A DNA stretch of 63,119 bases, counting the filler, from Octopus bimaculoides (lineage: Eukaryota): NCBI RefSeq assembly GCF_001194135.2. It is 4 parts of 3 records of this genome, joined end to end, with 100 filler letters (N's around TTAATTAATTAA, not from the genome) between each part and the next. Parts side by side here need not be neighbours in the genome. Positions count along the whole stretch, not along the records: positions 60,769 to 63,119 come from NW_026344303.1; 3 more parts are not named here. One strand, 5' to 3'. Below the pieces are notes generated by a model that saw nothing but the letters and a program-made list of their open reading frames with translations, was not told the origin of the DNA and made no database searches. Shown here one piece after another: positions 62,718 to 63,119 of this stretch (position 1 is the stretch's first letter; every line of letters begins with the position of its first letter). The position numbers and the translations under genes are program-made.

Positions 62718-63082
62718 GCTTAGCTAGAACAAAAATATTTACCTTTTTTTCTTTTTGCTGACATTTCGTTATCTGACGTAAATAAGTGTCTCAGGCCATT
62801 TAAGTCTGGCGCTCTGCCGTTTTTGGTGATGTGAAGAAATAGACAGAAGTCATAAAGCAAATAACTCCAGAATAATATATAAAATCGCTGGTGATTTAAC
62901 TAAAGACTCGCTGGTTAAATGTCAAGTTGTTGGAGATAAATATGACAGCCTGCTAACCAAAGCAAATGGATTTAATGAAAGAAAGAGAGAATGTTGTGAG
63001 GAATTTTAGAGTTACAAAGAAGCGGTCGATGGTAATGTGTTAAAACAATTAAGAAATTAAATTTTGTTTTATACATACATAC

Positions 63083-63119
<37 letters not shown>

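Larger units (their letters stand above)
1780..63119. repeat. Window-wide microsatellite load: (TA)n, (CA)n, (TACA)n, (TATC)n, (TAA)n, (GAAA)n, (GGAA)n, (CAA)n
   Basis: Directly visible; nearly every N-gap is bordered by a simple repeat. Confidence 0.95.

Noticed and set aside
1-63119. CRISPR arrays, operons, prokaryotic promoters or terminators, rRNA
   Set aside because: No repeat-spacer arrays or gene-dense regions; the sequence is clearly eukaryotic and repeat-dominated.

Overview
AT-rich eukaryotic draft-genome DNA. Roughly one sixth is N-gaps, and the rest is saturated with (TA)n, (CA)n, (TAA)n, (TATC)n and (GGAA)n microsatellites and transposon debris. The SINE/LINE repertoire and repeat style point to Octopus (inference from recalled families, not a database search). 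There are no prokaryotic features, CRISPR arrays, rRNAs or real tRNA genes. Three identical artificial spacers (44 N + TTAATTAATTAA + 44 N) split the window into four segments that may not be truly adjacent. The best host-gene evidence is on the minus strand: a 2,078-nt low-complexity coding exon (25271-23194; N/Q/S/G/T runs) splices in phase to a 153-nt non-repetitive exon (22629-22477). I cannot name the product. A weaker plus-strand exon candidate lies at 33234-33485. Mobile elements: an RTE-like LINE end with two C2H2 fingers, two maT/DD37D-like Tc1/mariner transposase relics, several R4/Dong-type LINE pieces (three in tandem, two of them at TAA repeats), a CR1/L2-like 3' end, Penelope-like terminal repeats, MITEs of the Tc1/mariner, piggyBac, hAT and GG-terminus/8-bp-TSD types, and at least three modular tRNA-derived SINE families. 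One SINE family carries an internal microsatellite and shares its tail with the CR1/L2-like LINE. Two long unexplained fold-back hairpins are also present.
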